DNA of 64,000 nucleotides from Microthyrium microscopicum (Eukaryota). A model generated the notes under the pieces. The model was given only the letters and a program-made list of their open reading frames with translations, made no database searches and was not told the origin of the DNA. Positions 36,501 to 51,526 of the stretch are shown here, piece after piece. The DNA lies in the NCBI GenBank assembly GCA_010405405.1, contig MU004234.1:1329275-1393274 (forward strand), in the 5' to 3' direction. Made by a program: the position numbers and the translations under genes. The stretch's first letter is position 1. The number at the start of each line of letters is the position of its first letter.

Positions 36501-39500
36501 AATAGTTCTTTAATATTCCTATATTTCCTAGTCTTATCTTTTTAGTTTATTAAAGAGTAGACTTTAGTAATAATCCTAAGGATTACTAAAGAGATCTAAA
36601 GATAACTTATTATATTTAAATATCCTTAGTAATAGTCTTAAAGATTACTAAGAAGATCTAAGGATTTAGCTTATTTATTATAGCTTATAATAGTTTACTT
36701 AAATTAATAATAAAATAAAAGTAATTTCTTATAAATAGTTTTTTAAATAAATATAATTAGAAAAGGTTATAAAAGAGATAATAAAAAGTTAATTTTTCTT
36801 TTCTTTCTAATAAGTACCTTATCTATATCTACTTATAAGATAATTTCTTATTTAGAAGTAGCCTTTTACTATCTTTATTCTAATCCTAAATATTATAAGC
36901 TAATACTAAGGCGTATAGAACTATTAAGTATTATAATTAGCCTAAATATATTAATATTCTATAAGAATCCTTTAGTTATATTTATCTCTTATAGTAGACT
37001 AGGTTTAGAGTAATCTATAGAAAAAATCTTTACTTTTATAATATCTAGTAATAAAGAATTAATATCTTAATAGTCCTCTTTAGGATTAGATATCTATTTA
37101 TATAGATCTATTACCTCTAGTATAGGTATATAAATAATTAAGATAGTAATTCTATTATAGCTTCTTAACTTTAATAATTTATCTCCTTACTTTTATTATT
37201 CTAATAATATAAAAATTAATTCTTATTCTATTATAGCTAAGAAGATTTTCTTTCTTACTAAGCTTTAATTTAGAGAAGTAGAAATATTATTATTCTCTTT
37301 CTTTACTAAATCTTATAGTACTATAGAATATTCTACCTTCTATATAATTTACTTTATCTATTTTAAATTATTTTACGCTAAAGCTAAAATTAAGTTAAAA
37401 GAAATATATTCTAATACTATAGAAGTCTTTAAGTTACTACTTAAGTTATAAATAATTATTATAGAACGTTTTTTTTCTTATTTATAAATACTTACTTTAG
37501 CTTCTTAAACTTTTCTTATAAAGTTAAAAAGAATAGTAAATAGACTTAAGTAATATTTCTTAGTATTAGACTTCTTAATATTAATTAACTTTACTAAAAG
37601 GTTTTTTAATTTATTAAGCTAGTCTTTCTTAATTATAGTAAATATATTTATCTTACTTTTATACTCTTTATTTAAGATACTTTTAAAATTATCTTTATTT
37701 AGTTACTTATACTTAAGATATAGCTAGTTCTAGTAATAATATTTATTTTCTTTCTATATATATATCTATATAAGGTAATTCTTATAAATAAGGTTTTTAA
37801 GTACTCTTTTATTAAGTATCTTAAAAGCATATATTTCTAAAGAATAGGCCTTTAAGACTTTATAAGAACTAAACTATATTACTTAGAACTTAGTTTTATT
37901 TAAGTTTTTAAGGAGTATATAAGAACCTATAAGAAACTTAATAATAGAGTCCTTTTTTAAAATTATATTACTATTAATAAAGTTTAAGGCTATAACTTAT
38001 TTTAATAAAGTATTATAATAGACTTACTTAGTAGTTTTAACCTTCTTTAAATAATCTTTAGTAATTACGTAAATAGAAGGTATAGTACTAGTTAATTTAG
38101 CCTATTTATCTTCCTTTATTTAGCCTATTTTAAAGTCCTTAGAATCTCTCTTATAGATAAAGAAAAAGAGAGATATTCTTAACGTAATATAAGCTTATAC
38201 TTTAATAATATAAACTACTTAATCTAAGTATAAATCTTAGCTAGCTATAAGTTTTTTTTCTAAGAACTTAGTTAAGAATATACTTAATAAGCTATTAAAT
38301 CTTTTAATCTTTTTATTAAACTAAGAGTTATATAAAGCTATTAAGTAGTACTTAGTCTTAATCTATTATAATAAAGATAAAATTATGTCTAAAATAAACT
38401 AAGGTCTATTATCTAAGATTAATAATTAAGAAGGATTATATTTTAAGATAATTTTCCTATAAATAAATTTTATAATTATAGGAGTAGTAATATTTAGTAT
38501 TACTTTTATAATAAGCTATCCTATAGCATAATTAATTATATAGATAATATACTAGTTTTTAAGAAGACTCTATAAAAGTTTACTAATTAGGTTAATTTCC
38601 TAAGCCTTAAATAGTTATAGGTTTTATACTTAATAATAGGACCTATACTTAGGCCTACTTTAATCTATTTATTAAACTTAATATATAGGATAGAACTTAG
38701 TAAATTCTTAGAAGTTATCTTCTATTTTTAACTACTAACCTTCTAGTTTAAGAATACTAATAAGGCCTATATATAATAAGTATCTATATTAATTATATAT
38801 TTTCTTAATAAGGTTTTAATAGTAAAGAGAGTAAATATAAAGTAAACTAGTAAGTATCTTAGCTTTAATAAAATCTTTCTTTAAGAATAGATACTTATAT
38901 TTCTTTTTAATATTACTATTAAAGTTAATCTAAAAATAATTAAGAATATTTTTTTAGAGCCTTTTCTATATATTAATAGAGATAATATAATTTTTCTTTT
39001 TTAATACTTTTTATAAGCCCTATATATAAAGAGCTTCCTATTCTTTTTACTCTTATAAAGATTTTAATAAAGTAACTTATGCCTTAAAAGATAAATTATT
39101 ATTACTATCTTTAGGTTCTATTTCTTAAATAGTATTAATCTATTCTTCTTAAAAGTTTAAGTAGTAACTAAAAGTATTAGAAACTATTACTTAAGAACCC
39201 TTATAGTATATAAAAATAAAATTAAATTCTTAGAACTTTTTAATCTATTAAGTAATATATTAAGTATTATTTTTAATTATATTTATATACTATAAGCTAT
39301 TATAATTTATAATTACTTTAGTAATCTTCTTTAAAAAGTAGTATTAGTATCTTCTAATTATATTCTTAATTATAAGAAGCTCTTTCTTATATATTAAATA
39401 ATTAAGTTTAGCTTTATTTAGCTTATAGCTATTAAAAGTAACTAAGTATTATTTACTCTAATTATTTTTTTATGCTAGCTTATAACTAATTATATAATTT

Positions 39501-41420
39501 AAAGTATCTATTTAAAGCTTTATAAGCTTTTATAAGTTATATACTACTAAGATAGGTAATAAGATTAATAGGGTCTTAATTTTATTAAAAGCTATAATAT
39601 ATTAATAGGTCTAAGTAATAAAGTAATACTTCTTTTTCTTAATATTTAGGTTAATCTCTTTTAGAAAGTTAAAGATAAGAGTAGTAATCTTAGTAAAGTT
39701 TTTAATATATTATTAGTAGTATAAAGTAAGACTAAGGAATTAATATACTTTATATATATTCTTAAGTATAAGCTAAAACTTAATTAAGATAGTCTTTTTA
39801 TATAAGGATTAGATTTATTAACTTTTTACTTTATAGCTATAGAATTTAATCTTCTTAATCCTAAAGATATATTTATTAGAATAAGTATAAAGCTTATTAT
39901 CCTAAAGAATCTTTAAAACCTAAGTAATATACTTATAATATTTCTCTATAGTATCTAAGTAAATAATAATATTATTTAGGTAAATAATTATATAGGTTAA
40001 TAAGAAGGGCTAAAGAAGTATATTTATTATATACTAAAAAAATAATAGCGTATTTATTAATCTAAAAGGTATAATAAGGAACTTATACTTCTTAGACTTA
40101 GTATTAAAGGCTATTTTCTTAATATCTTTTTTTATTATATAGATTTACTAATAGCTTAATAAGAAATTAAGCTTAGAGAAGAATTTTACTCTACTAATAG
40201 TATTAAGATACTTATTAATCTATAATAAAGGATAAGTATCTTTATACGTAACTATATTAAGTAAATAATAGTTAATATATATTTTCTATTTTCCTTTTAG
40301 CTTTAGTATAAATAAGATAGAGAAACTCTAAAGACTTTTTAAGACTTTAATAAGTTCTTTAGTAAGTAGTTCTTAAATCTACTTTTCTTATTCTTCTAGT
40401 TATAAGCTAGATATCTAATAATAAGCCTAATTATAAAAAGAAGTATTTCTTATAGGAATTTTATAATTAAATTTAAAGTATAGTAAGAGTTTAGGAAAGG
40501 TATAATAAAAGGACTTATAGTAATTATTTAAAAGTTTCTATATGCCTTTATCTTTTAAAATAAGTCTATTAATATTAAGGTTGTTAATTATTAAGAAGAT
40601 ATTAAGCTATTTCTATATTTCTTAAATTAGCTAAAAAATACCCTTAACTTTATTCTTTACTTTTTTTATCTTATTTTAAAGTACTTAAAAGATTATATAA
40701 AAAGAGCTAGCTATAAACTATTCTATTTATTCTAAGTAGCTCTCTTTATTTTAAAGAAGCTTTACCTAGCGTTCTATAGTAAGCTTATAAATATATAAGC
40801 TTCTTAAGTATTACTTTATAAGCTTAATTTGCCCTATTATCTAATTAATCTATAAATTATATAATTAGAATTATAAGAGTCTAAAAATAATATTAAGATT
40901 AAGAATATTTAGAATATAAGTCTTAAAGTAGCTATAAAAGATCCTAATATAATAAAGTAAATAAATTTTAAAAGAAGTTATAACTATATAGCTATTTATA
41001 AGAGTAACTTCTTTCTTTAGAATAGGTATTATAAGAGCTTTAAGTTTCCTAATAATCTTTTAACTAATATAAATAGAGTTAGCTCCTAAGTCTAAGAGAG
41101 CTATAGTCTTAATAAAATAATTTTTATAATATAAGTAAATAGGTAGATGTAAAAAAGTATTACTATATCTACTTATATAATTAAGAAAAGCTTATTAGTT
41201 ATTATATAGATAAGTAGGATATTTTAGTTCTAAGCTAAAAAATTCTTATCTATTTTTTAATAATAATAGTTTTTTAAACTTTATTATTACTAGTTAAGCT
41301 TTTTATAATCTATAGCATAGTAGCTAAGTTTACTATAATTCTAGTACTTAAGTTTAGAGTTATTTATAAAAGCTTTTCTACCTTTAGAGTCTTTTTTATA
41401 AGAAAGCTATAACTTCTTAT

Positions 41421-41582
41421 TATTAGGGGTTGAACCCCCTAAAGCTATGCCTATTCGGGCTACCCCTATTGTATATAAACACCTTAATTAAAGAGTCTCT
41501 TAACTCTTCTTTCTCTCTAAGTTACCTTCCTATTTAGTAGGCTTATAATATAACTTATCTCTTCGTTATCTAACCCATAATA
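41421..41582. repeat. Inner element 5' LTR
   Basis: Ungapped match to 48842-49003 with transition-only differences. Confidence 0.95.
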
Positions 41583-44500
41583 TTAGATAACTTTAAAACT
41601 AACCCCTCTTTTTATCTACTCCTTCTCTATCCATTAATAAATAGCTAGAATAGTAGACTAAGATCCTTCTTACCTAATAACTACTAGATAGGATAGAGAA
41701 ACGTCCTCTAAGGGCTTTACTTATAAGAATATAGAAGCACACTTTACGTATATTAACTAATAATAAACAGAGCTACGGAACTACTTAGATATATTTTAGG
41801 AGGTAACTAATAATAGCTTATAATAAGTAACGAATAGTATTTTACTACTTAATAATACGCTTAATTTATCTATCTTATAATTATATATAACTATTACTAG
41901 TTACGGACAAGCCTTATAATAATTAAATAGGTTAACTAGCGAAATTTATATATAATTAAATAAGAATACATAATAGATTATAGTAGTCTACGCTAAACTT
42001 TAGGCCTAAGTTAATAGCTAGAACAAATAGCTTATTAATATCTACGCTAATAATAAGATCCTTATATAATAAGTAAATAATACTACCTATAAGACGCTAA
42101 CCTAGTAGTAGTAATAAAAATAGGAATAATTCTAAAGAGAATTTATAATACCTAGTATAACTCTTTCTTTAATATTAGCTATACTCTTTATTAGAGAAAC
42201 CTTTAACTATAGTTACTATCCTCTTCTAATTTTATAAGCTAATTCTCCTTAGACTCTAATCACAATAGCTAGATTAGTAGCTCTTTCTCTACTTCTTTTA
42301 ATAAATCCTTTAGCTACCTAATATAAGCTACTTTAACTATTATTACGAAACCTTTAACTAGCTCTTCTAAACCTAGAATAATATTTATATAAGGACTTAA
42401 CCCTTTATCCTAGTTTTTGCTAAATAATTAAAGTAAAATTATATATTAACGGATAAATTTATGCAAATAACTATACCCAAATTTACTATATATTTAGCTA
42501 GCTTATAAGAGACGCTACCTAATAAGTTCTTTCTTAGATTTAGAATCTTATTAGCTATAGTATTATAAGTTTTAGTAAGTTTATAGAATAAATAAACCTT
42601 CTCTTTTATAACCTATATAAAGAAATAAGAGTTTTAGTAAACCTTTAAGGAATCTAATAAGGAGGTAGAGAATAAAGAATCTTCTAGGCTAAGTTTTAAT
42701 AGTATCTTATCTATACTAGAGTATAATTTTAAGTTACTCCTATCTAGATATAGTTCTTAGAAAACGCTATAAATTTTAGTTTTAGGATAATTCTAATTAC
42801 TCATTCTTAGCCTAATAATTTAGATATCTTTACCTAAGAAGCTTTAGAGACTTAGGATTAAATAATTTAAGCCTATATAAGCTATTATAGCCTAAGAGGC
42901 CTAAGTATTAAAATAAGTACTTAGTAGAGTTAACTATTTAGGAATTAAGACTTAGATATAATAGAAGGCGTCTAAGTTAGAGCTAGCTAAGCCTAACGTA
43001 ACTATTATAAGTAAAATAACCTTTATTTTTACTATAGCTTAACTAATTATAGAATTTAGGATTATAAATAAGCGCCCTAAGCGTTATCTAGAAGTTAGAA
43101 TTCTTTCTATAGCTAGGCTAGCTATAGATAAGAACAAGATAGAGGAGATACTATTAAAGGTAGACGCTTATAGGATAATACTAGTAAATTTTAGGCTAGT
43201 ATTACTAATACTCTAAACGTTCTCTAAAATAGCTAGCTAGTAAGAGCTACTACTACTTAGTTAAGAAATAATAACCTTTATAATAATTTATATAATATTA
43301 TTAATATAGAATTAGAAAACTAGTAAGCTTAGATTAAAGACGTAATACTAAGCTAGAAAATTATAAAAATATTATTTTAAGATAGCGTTAGAAGTTCTTT
43401 ACTTAAGATATAGTTATAGAGCCCTTTTTAATACCTTTAATAATAAATTAACTTTCTTTGTATATAGGCTTTATTAATAGTAGCTACTTAACTTATTCCT
43501 TTATAAGTCTCTACTTTACCTAAAGATATAAACTTAAATATATATTACTACCTTAGGTAATTCTTATTAAAGAGATAAATAATAAGGCTAGAGAAATCTA
43601 TAAAATAATAATTATAAAGATTAATATTAAAGGCTATAAAGAAACTATTTAAGCTTTTATAGTAAAAAAGACCTTAGGCTATAATATAATTCTTAGCTTA
43701 CCTTAGATAAAGAAACAGAATATTATTCTTTATATAAAACCTAAGAAGCTAGTCTTTAACGAAATAGGTTATATAGTTATAAGTCTAAAGATTCTTTAGA
43801 AGAAATATAACTATATAACGATTAGGGCTATAGTATTTAGGATACTTACTTAATAAGCTAGAAAGTAGGTAAGATAGTCTTAAGAAGGCTTAATACTAAT
43901 TATATAAGTCTTTATTATAAGTTTTTACGACTTATAAAAAGTCTTTATTTTAAAGAAGTATATTAACTCTTATAGAAAGCTTTTTAAATAGTATTTAGAT
44001 TACCTTAACCTCTTTTAAAGAGAGCTAGCTAATAAATAGCTATTTATCTAAGGCTTTTTTATAGACTATAAGATTAACTTAATCTTAGACGCTAATAGAA
44101 AGGAATCTTAATTACCTTAATAGGTATTATACTTTATAAATTAGAACGAATTACTAGCTCTTAGAAGAATTCTTAACGATTTATTAGAAAGTAGGTTTAT
44201 TTAAGTAAGTAACTTACTTATTAAAGTACTAGTTTTCTTCGTTTATAAAGTAGATAGATTAATTTAGTTTTATTATAACTACTATATATTAAATAAGTTA
44301 ACTATAAAGGACCATTACTTTTTACTACTCGTTTATAAGATATTAAACGTCTTAGGAAAGGCATAATAGTTTATTAAGTTAGACGTATCTTAAGTATTTT
44401 ATAAGATTTAGATATATAAAGGTAATAAGTAGAAAATAGCTTTTTAGATACGATATAGCTTATTTAAATAGATAGTAATATTATTTAGGTTATTAAATGC

Positions 44501-47500
44501 TCTAAGTACCTTTTAAAGGTTTATTAACTCTACCCTTTAAAATATCTTAGATAACTATATTTTTATATACTTAAATAATATCTTAATTTTTAGCTTAGGT
44601 ACTAGGAAGTAATATAAAGTCTATGTTTATAAAGTTCTTAAATAGCTATAAAAAGTAAAACTCTACTTTAATATCTAGAAGTATAAATTTATAACTACTT
44701 AAACGATATACTTAAGCTATATTATTAAGGCTAGATAAGGAATCTTAATAGACTTAGCTAAAGTTAAAGCAATTTAAGAATAAGAGGCTTTTAAGAATAT
44801 TTATAGAGTTTAAGCTTTCTTTAGCTTTATTAACTTTTATTATAGGTTTATACTAAACTTTTAAATAATTATAGAATTTCTTATTTAACTTACTTAGAAG
44901 GACGTTCCCTTCTCGTTTAAAGACCTAGAGAGAGCTACGTTTAAGAAGCTAAAATAGCTCTTTATTACTAACTAAATACTAGTCTTATTTAACTATAATA
45001 AAGAGATTCTTATTTATACTAACTCTTCTAGTTACTCTTTAAGAGCTATACTAGTATAAAAAGATAAAATAAGTAAGTTTTAACTAGTAGTCTATTTCTT
45101 TAAAAAGTATAACTCTACTTAAAGTAACTACTTAATCTATAATAAAGAGATGCTTATAATTATACTTATTTTAGAAGAATAGAACTTAGAGCTATAAATA
45201 GTAAAGAAGTTTAAAGTAATATTTAATTATAAGAACCTAGAGTATTTTATAAAACTATAGAAGCTTATAAAAAAGTACGTCTAATAGTCTATTAAACTTA
45301 TAAAGTATAATATAATAATTAAGTACTAATTAGACTTATAGAATAGCGTAGTAGATAGTCTCTCTTATTATAAATAAGATATACCTTAGAATATAGCTAA
45401 TAAGAGGATTTAGGCTAAAACTTTTTAACTACTTTATACTAAAAAAGATTAATTACTTAAATTATTATAAGCCTTACCTATTTATATTACTATTCTTCTT
45501 ATAATAATTAAAGACAAATTAGTAAAGACTCTATTAGCTAATAAAGCTTTAATCCTTAGCTTACTACTACTAATACTAAACGTTCCTAAATTATTAGTAA
45601 CTTAGTAGAATAAGGCAGTATAGACTAATAATACTTATTAAGTAGCCTATTAGATAATTAAAGCTAGTAGATAAAAGTTTCTTTTATTAATTATAGGTAT
45701 TAAAATCTCTATTCCTAACTACTTAATTAATAGTAAGGATCGCCTTTACTAGAGAGGACGACTATAGATTCTAAATTTAGAACCTTTATAGATAATAATA
45801 TTATAAGTAGCTTATACGTTCTTAACTTAAGGCTATCTTAGCTATAAAGGTACTTATTAAGCTTTATAATTATACTTCTTTTAGCTTAGAATTATAGCTA
45901 ATATAAGGCGTTTTATAAGAAATTGTAGTATATATAGCTAATTAAAGGTTAGTTATAAGTAGAAAAGAGGCTTCTTAAAGTCTTTACTTATCCTAAGTTA
46001 ATAATAGTAAGAACTATTTATAAATTTTATAATAAACCTCCTTTTATTAAATAGATATATAATTTTAATAATTATTACTAATTAGCTAAGTAAAGAAGTA
46101 ATCCTAATCTTTTTTACTTAGAGAGAAGCTAAAGACGTTGCAACTATTTTCTTATAATACGTCTATTCTTTTTATAGTATTTCTAACGTAATTATCTATA
46201 ATTATAACTTAGTATTTATAAAAGACTTTTAGATAAAGTTCTATACGTTACTATAAATAAAGTTATAGCTATTAACTATATTTTATCCCTAAATAAATAG
46301 CTTTATAGAATAGCAAAATTTAAATATTAAAGCTAAAGTATAAATATATATAAATTATATATAATTAAATTAGTTCTTATTAATACTAATACTTTAATTT
46401 ATATTTAACTCGTAACGCTTATCTATAATAGAATTCTTACTCTTTTTTCTATTCTATAGCTTTAAAAACTCTATCTTCTTAGACTTCTTTAAGTAAGCTT
46501 TTTTGTCTAAATAGAAGAATACTCTAAAAGAGAGAGAGGAAGAAGCTACTTATATAATTCTAAAAGCTATAGAATAGGCTTAAAATATTATAATTCTTAT
46601 CTAAGAAAAGATATAGGAATAAGCTAACTAAATAAGAATTTAAATACTTAAGTACGAAGTTAGTAATTAGGTCTAGCTAGACCTAAAAAATACTAAGACT
46701 AAATAAGTAAAAAAGAAGTTTAATTACTATTATTCTAAGTTCTAAGTTATAAAGGTAGTAAGCTTATATATAATTATATTAAATATATTATAAAGAACTA
46801 AGAAATTCTACGTTAACCTACTTAGACTAATAATAAACAACCTATTCCTAAGTTAAGATATTAATAATTCTTATCTACTACTAATTTTAGTTAAGGACTT
46901 AGATAGAGAGAAATAAGAGAAGTAGCTAGTAAAAGAGATTATAGCTAAAAAATATAAGAAGATAATAAAGGGTAAACTCTATATAGTTTATATTATTAAA
47001 TAGGTAGGTTATCTAAATATAATAGAAGAATTAATTAACTTTATTAAATAGTTAGAAGCCTATATAAAGTAGATAAAGAAGATAAAGTACGTATAAAATA
47101 ATTATAGAAGATTAGTATTAAATTAGTCTATTTTTTAAATATAACTAAGATTAAAAACTAGCCTTTTTATTATAATAATTAACTTTATAGAGATATAATT
47201 AGAGGTGCTATCTATAACCTATATATAGAAATACTTTTCTTTTATTTATATTAAGACTCCCTTTTCTACTAAATAAAACTAGAAAATTACAAAAATATAA
47301 GAAAACTAAAGAAATAAGACACGCTTAATAAACCCCTACTACTAAGAAAGATAAACTTAAGTAGTACCTTAGGGTATAGAAGGACTAAAGTAGATAGTTA
47401 ATAGTAGAGGATTCTTATTTTTCTTAATAACTTTCTTTTTATTATTATAAGAATACTTCTTACTTAAGCTAATATTATTATTATAGACATAGTTTAAATA

Positions 47501-48284
47501 TATATTATTATAAAATCTTAAAAGCTAAACGTAACCTATATATTATAGCTAATTCTTTAAATTAGAATAGCTAACGTAATAAGTATAATACTACTTCTTA
47601 TAAGTCTTATTCTACTTATTTTTAGTAAGAAATTATAGAATACTTATATAATAAATACTTAAGGCTTTAAGATAACTAGCCTAGTTATTAGTTAACTAAA
47701 TTATACTAAGAAAGCTTTAATAAATTATAATACTACGAACGTTAAGCTATAAATTATTAGTAAACCTTTTAGAGGAAGCGTTTAATAAGTTAAGACGCTT
47801 ATTAAAAGAGTTAAAAAGATAGTTAGCTATAGTATAAAGAGTCTTACTCTATAAATACGTTAATATAAATTAAGAAAGGCTAGAGAAGTATATATAGTCT
47901 AGTTAATATAAAGTACCTTAAATAAAGCATAGTTTTATAGATTATAGTAGTTAATAACTATATATACCTTCTTATATTAAAGAGTAGTTAGTAGATAGGA
48001 ATAAGGGTTATAAATAATATCATTCTAGTAATAAAGTAGAACTTAGTTAAGAAAGTAAAGGCTCTTATTTATATTATTCTAGTAGGCTTTATATATAGCT
48101 ACCTTATATATAGTAGGTAGATAAAGTTAAGAAGTATTATAGTTAGTAACGTATATATAAGGAGGAGTAATAGCAATAAAGATATAACTATTAAAACTAA
48201 TAATATTATTAAAAGTATTAATAATTAGGGTAGCTATCTTTATATAGTTAGTAAGGCTATAGCTATTATAACGAACGACTTACC

Positions 48285-48330
48285 TAATTAATTAATTAAT
48301 TGACTAATTAATTAATTAATTAATTGATTA
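48285..48330. repeat. (TAAT)n tetranucleotide tract in the inner element 3' region
   Basis: Directly visible. Residual TGAC/TGAT units suggest a RIP-converted tetramer repeat. Confidence 0.75.
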
Positions 48331-48841
48331 GGTAAGGAAGAAGAAACTTAATAAGGACTAATTAGAAAAGAAGAAGCTTATTTAAAGTATAATAAAGGAA
48401 GAATAGTTAACTCTATAGAATAATATTACTTTATATCCTCTAAATATATAGGTAGAAGTATAGTAACTTAACTATAGTTACGTTCTTCTAATCTTATTTC
48501 TTAATATTATAATAGAGCTCTAACTAAGTATAAATAAGACGACTTACTAATTAAGTAACCTTTATAAAATTATAACTAAAAAGAACTAATATTATACGCT
48601 AAAAAAGGGGCCTTATACTTAGAATTTAGTCTAAAATAAGTAAAATACTAGTACAGAACTAATAGTTAATAATTTAAGCTTTATATTTTATATCTAAAAG
48701 TAAACGTATAGATTTATACGTTATAAATAGAAGCTTCATTATAAACTATAAGAACAATAAGCGTTAGATATAACTAGATAAGATTAGGATCTTATAATTA
48801 ACTTAGTATTTTAGCTAGAATTTTTTAGATAAAGGGAGTAA

Positions 48842-49003
48842 TATTAGGAGTTAAACCCCCTAAAGCTATGCCTATTTAGGCTACCTTTATTATATATAAA
48901 TACCTTAATTAAAGAGTCTCTCAACTCTTCTTTCTCTCTAAGTTACCTTCCTATTTAGTAGGCTTATAATATAACTTATCTCTTCGTTATCTAACCTATA
49001 ATA
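48842..49003. repeat. Inner element 3' LTR
   Basis: Match to 41421-41582, followed by TSD CTTAT. Confidence 0.95.
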
Positions 49004-51239
49004 CTTATTAAAGTTAAATTTCCTAAAGTATTAAGTATTACGTTATTTTTTAAAATAGTAACTATAGCTATTTATAGTATTAAGCTACCTTAAATTATTA
49101 TTATCTAACTTAAGCTTATTATTAGTATAGCTATTACTATTAACTTTCTTAAAATATTCTTTAAAACTAATATCTAAAGTAAGCTTATTATTTTCTTTAA
49201 AACTAGAAGAGATTTTATTAAGCTATCCTAGCCTATAAGCGTTATAAGTATTATGTATATTTTTATAAAAGTTTATATTATATTTAATAATCTCTTATTT
49301 AAAGGCTAAAATATTAATTATAGAATTAGAAATAGTACTATATCTATACTTAGCTTTAAGAATAACCTATTCTTTAAGGCCTTCTTAAATTTAGATACCT
49401 AATTTATAATTAGTAAGTATAGGATTTATTTAAGTCTATAAGATATAAAGATAATAAATAAATTCCTTAGCAAATAAAACTTATAATATATAGTCTTACT
49501 AAATACTAATCTTAAGTATATCTTTTTTAATACTAAATATAGATTAAAAATAGGTAAAGAAGTAAGATAAATTTTTAAGTATCTTAAACTCTTTTATAAT
49601 CTATTATTAAGCTAAATTAGCTTATAAAAAATATTACTTAATAGAGAGATATTCTTTAACCTTAGTAATTTTTTATTATTTAAGTAGAGTAGAATCTAAT
49701 AAAATAATATCCTTACTAGCCTTAAAGGTACAAAGAAGACTCTTAGCCTAAGCATTATACTTACTTAGTTTCTTAAAGAACGAACTATTAGGAGATATCT
49801 TAAACTTAGTTAAATATTATCTTTATTCCTAAGGAATATCTCTAGTTATTTTAATAAGTTTTTAGAAGCTAAAAGTTTAAAAGAGTAATTTAATAGTCTT
49901 ATCTAACTCTTTACTTAGCTTTCTTATAAGGTTTAGATAAGTAATACTTATTTATAAAGTATTCTAGATTAATACTTATATTTAGATATAAGTCTTAATT
50001 TTATTTACTTAGTAATTTTAGGTATATAAAGCAAACTTACTTATATTAAGGTAAGAGGTTAATTTAGTAATATAATTTACTATTTTTTACTATTAAGTAT
50101 ATTAAATATCTTTTATAGGTTTAGGACTATAATCTTATTTAATTTACCTATTAATAGTAGAGTAAAATAATGCTCCTTAAGGAAAAGTAAGCCTATTTAT
50201 AGACTACTAATTTTTATTATTATTATATTAGAAAGTTTAGTTATAGGTTTAAGAAATATAGTTAAGTTCTTTAGAAGTATAGTTTTAAGCCTAGAAAAGA
50301 GTTTATAGTTTAGTAGAAGGATAATTAATAGTTTAGAGATTAACTTACTATATATTAATAAAATAGTTTAAGACTTAGGGCCCTAATTACTAAACGTTAA
50401 TAACCTAAGTTATAAAATTAGAACTAAGATTTAGTACGCTAAGAAGGTTATTTAGTAATATAAGAGTAAGTTACTTATTTTAAAGACTTAGGTTAGTAAC
50501 TTAAGCTTAGTATTATACCTACTAAGTATTTTATCTTATAGCTTAGGCTATAATATTATTATACTAGTTATTTATTTTAATAAAGAAGGATAATAGTTTT
50601 AATAAAGAGTATAATCTTAATAAAATAGAGAAAGAGTCTTAAAGTCTAAAAGTTCTTATACTAAAGTTAATTAAATAGAATCTAGAGTTAAAAGATTATT
50701 TTAAAATAGATTTTTATACTTTCTTAATATAGATAAAATCTTAATTTAATTTTTTAAGATAACCTAAAGCTAAAAGTCTATATTATTACTTATTAGCTTT
50801 AATTTATATAATAAAGTTCCTATAACGTTATTTTAAGGAATTTTTTAAGAAAAAGTTCCTATATTCTATTTAATAGCTATATAATTAATATAATAAAGGT
50901 TAGTAAGAATAAGAAAGGTATTATTATAGAAGAAATAATTCTTATAATATATTTAATAATCCTTAAAGTAGTAGTTTAAATTAAAGATAATTTAAGATAT
51001 TTTTAGAATATATTATAGTAGAGAATATTATTATACGTAAATCCTAAGAATTATTTCCTAAAATATAGTTACTAAGTATTAGGCTATAATAAGGCTAGCT
51101 AATTAGAAGATAATATTCTTAGAGTATATCTTGCTAAATATTAATCCTAAATAATTATTAATAATAAGGTAAATTTAAGAATTCTTATAAAAGGTCTATT
51201 ATCTAGAGGTCCTAATTAAATTAAATTATTGTTACTAGA

Positions 51240-51391
51240 TATTATAAGAATATAAGAAATAAAGCGTGGTTAATTACTATGAGAGTCTAAGGGCCTAATA
51301 TAGTTTTTAGGATACGCTAATTAGGAGATTATGTCATCCCTAATCAGGTCCTATGATTATCTAATCCCTTAGCATATTCTTCATCACAACA
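51240..51391. repeat. Outer element right LTR (5' LTR in element orientation)
   Basis: Ends in ...CATCACAACA, followed by TSD CCTTC. Confidence 0.95.
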
Positions 51392-51526
51392 CCTTCCAAC
51401 AGTTTCCTAATAATCGAAGGTACAGGTACCACGTGGGTACCAATATCAATCAGAACCATGAACTTCTCTTTCAGTCTTTCGCGGCAGCTCCTATAAGCAT
51501 CTTCTAGGCTCGTACTGGCTACCAAG

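Larger units (their letters stand above)
41421..49003 (+). mobile_element. Inner Ty3/Gypsy (chromovirus) LTR retrotransposon, RIP-inactivated, 7583 bp
   Basis: 162-bp LTRs and TSD CTTAT (41416-41420, 49004-49008). Plus-strand RIP-altered motifs: CCHC knuckle at about 43024-43066, protease at about 43467, RT (MP)F(G)L.NA(P)STF at about 44478-44516, YL(DD)ILIF at 44568-44591, chromodomain IK(W)VGY at about 46995-47015. PPT AAAGGGAG before the 3' LTR. Confidence 0.93.
34201..51391 (-). mobile_element. Outer Ty3/Gypsy LTR retrotransposon, RIP-inactivated (about 9.6 kb without the nested insert)
   Basis: 152-bp LTRs and TSD CCTTC (34196-34200, 51392-51396). Minus-strand RIP-altered motifs: CCHC knuckle at about 41305-41350, protease ALLD(S)GAN at about 41080-41104, RT (M)PF(G)L(T)N at about 40050-40075, YL(DD)II at about 39965-39985, integrase at about 38270-38700. 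PPT-like purine run next to the left LTR. Confidence 0.93.

Noticed and set aside
36566..36670. Two roughly 60-bp-spaced direct repeats inside the outer element
   Set aside because: A small internal duplication in the spacer between pol and the antisense ORF; no evidence of an independent element.
34201..51391. Mitochondrial insertion, centromere or contaminant as the cause of the AT-rich block
   Set aside because: LTRs, TSDs and gag-pol motifs account for the whole block. A centromeric role cannot be judged from sequence alone.
51426..51442. Near-palindrome GGTACCACGTGGGTACC beside the right LTR
   Set aside because: Single short imperfect palindrome; function cannot be supported.
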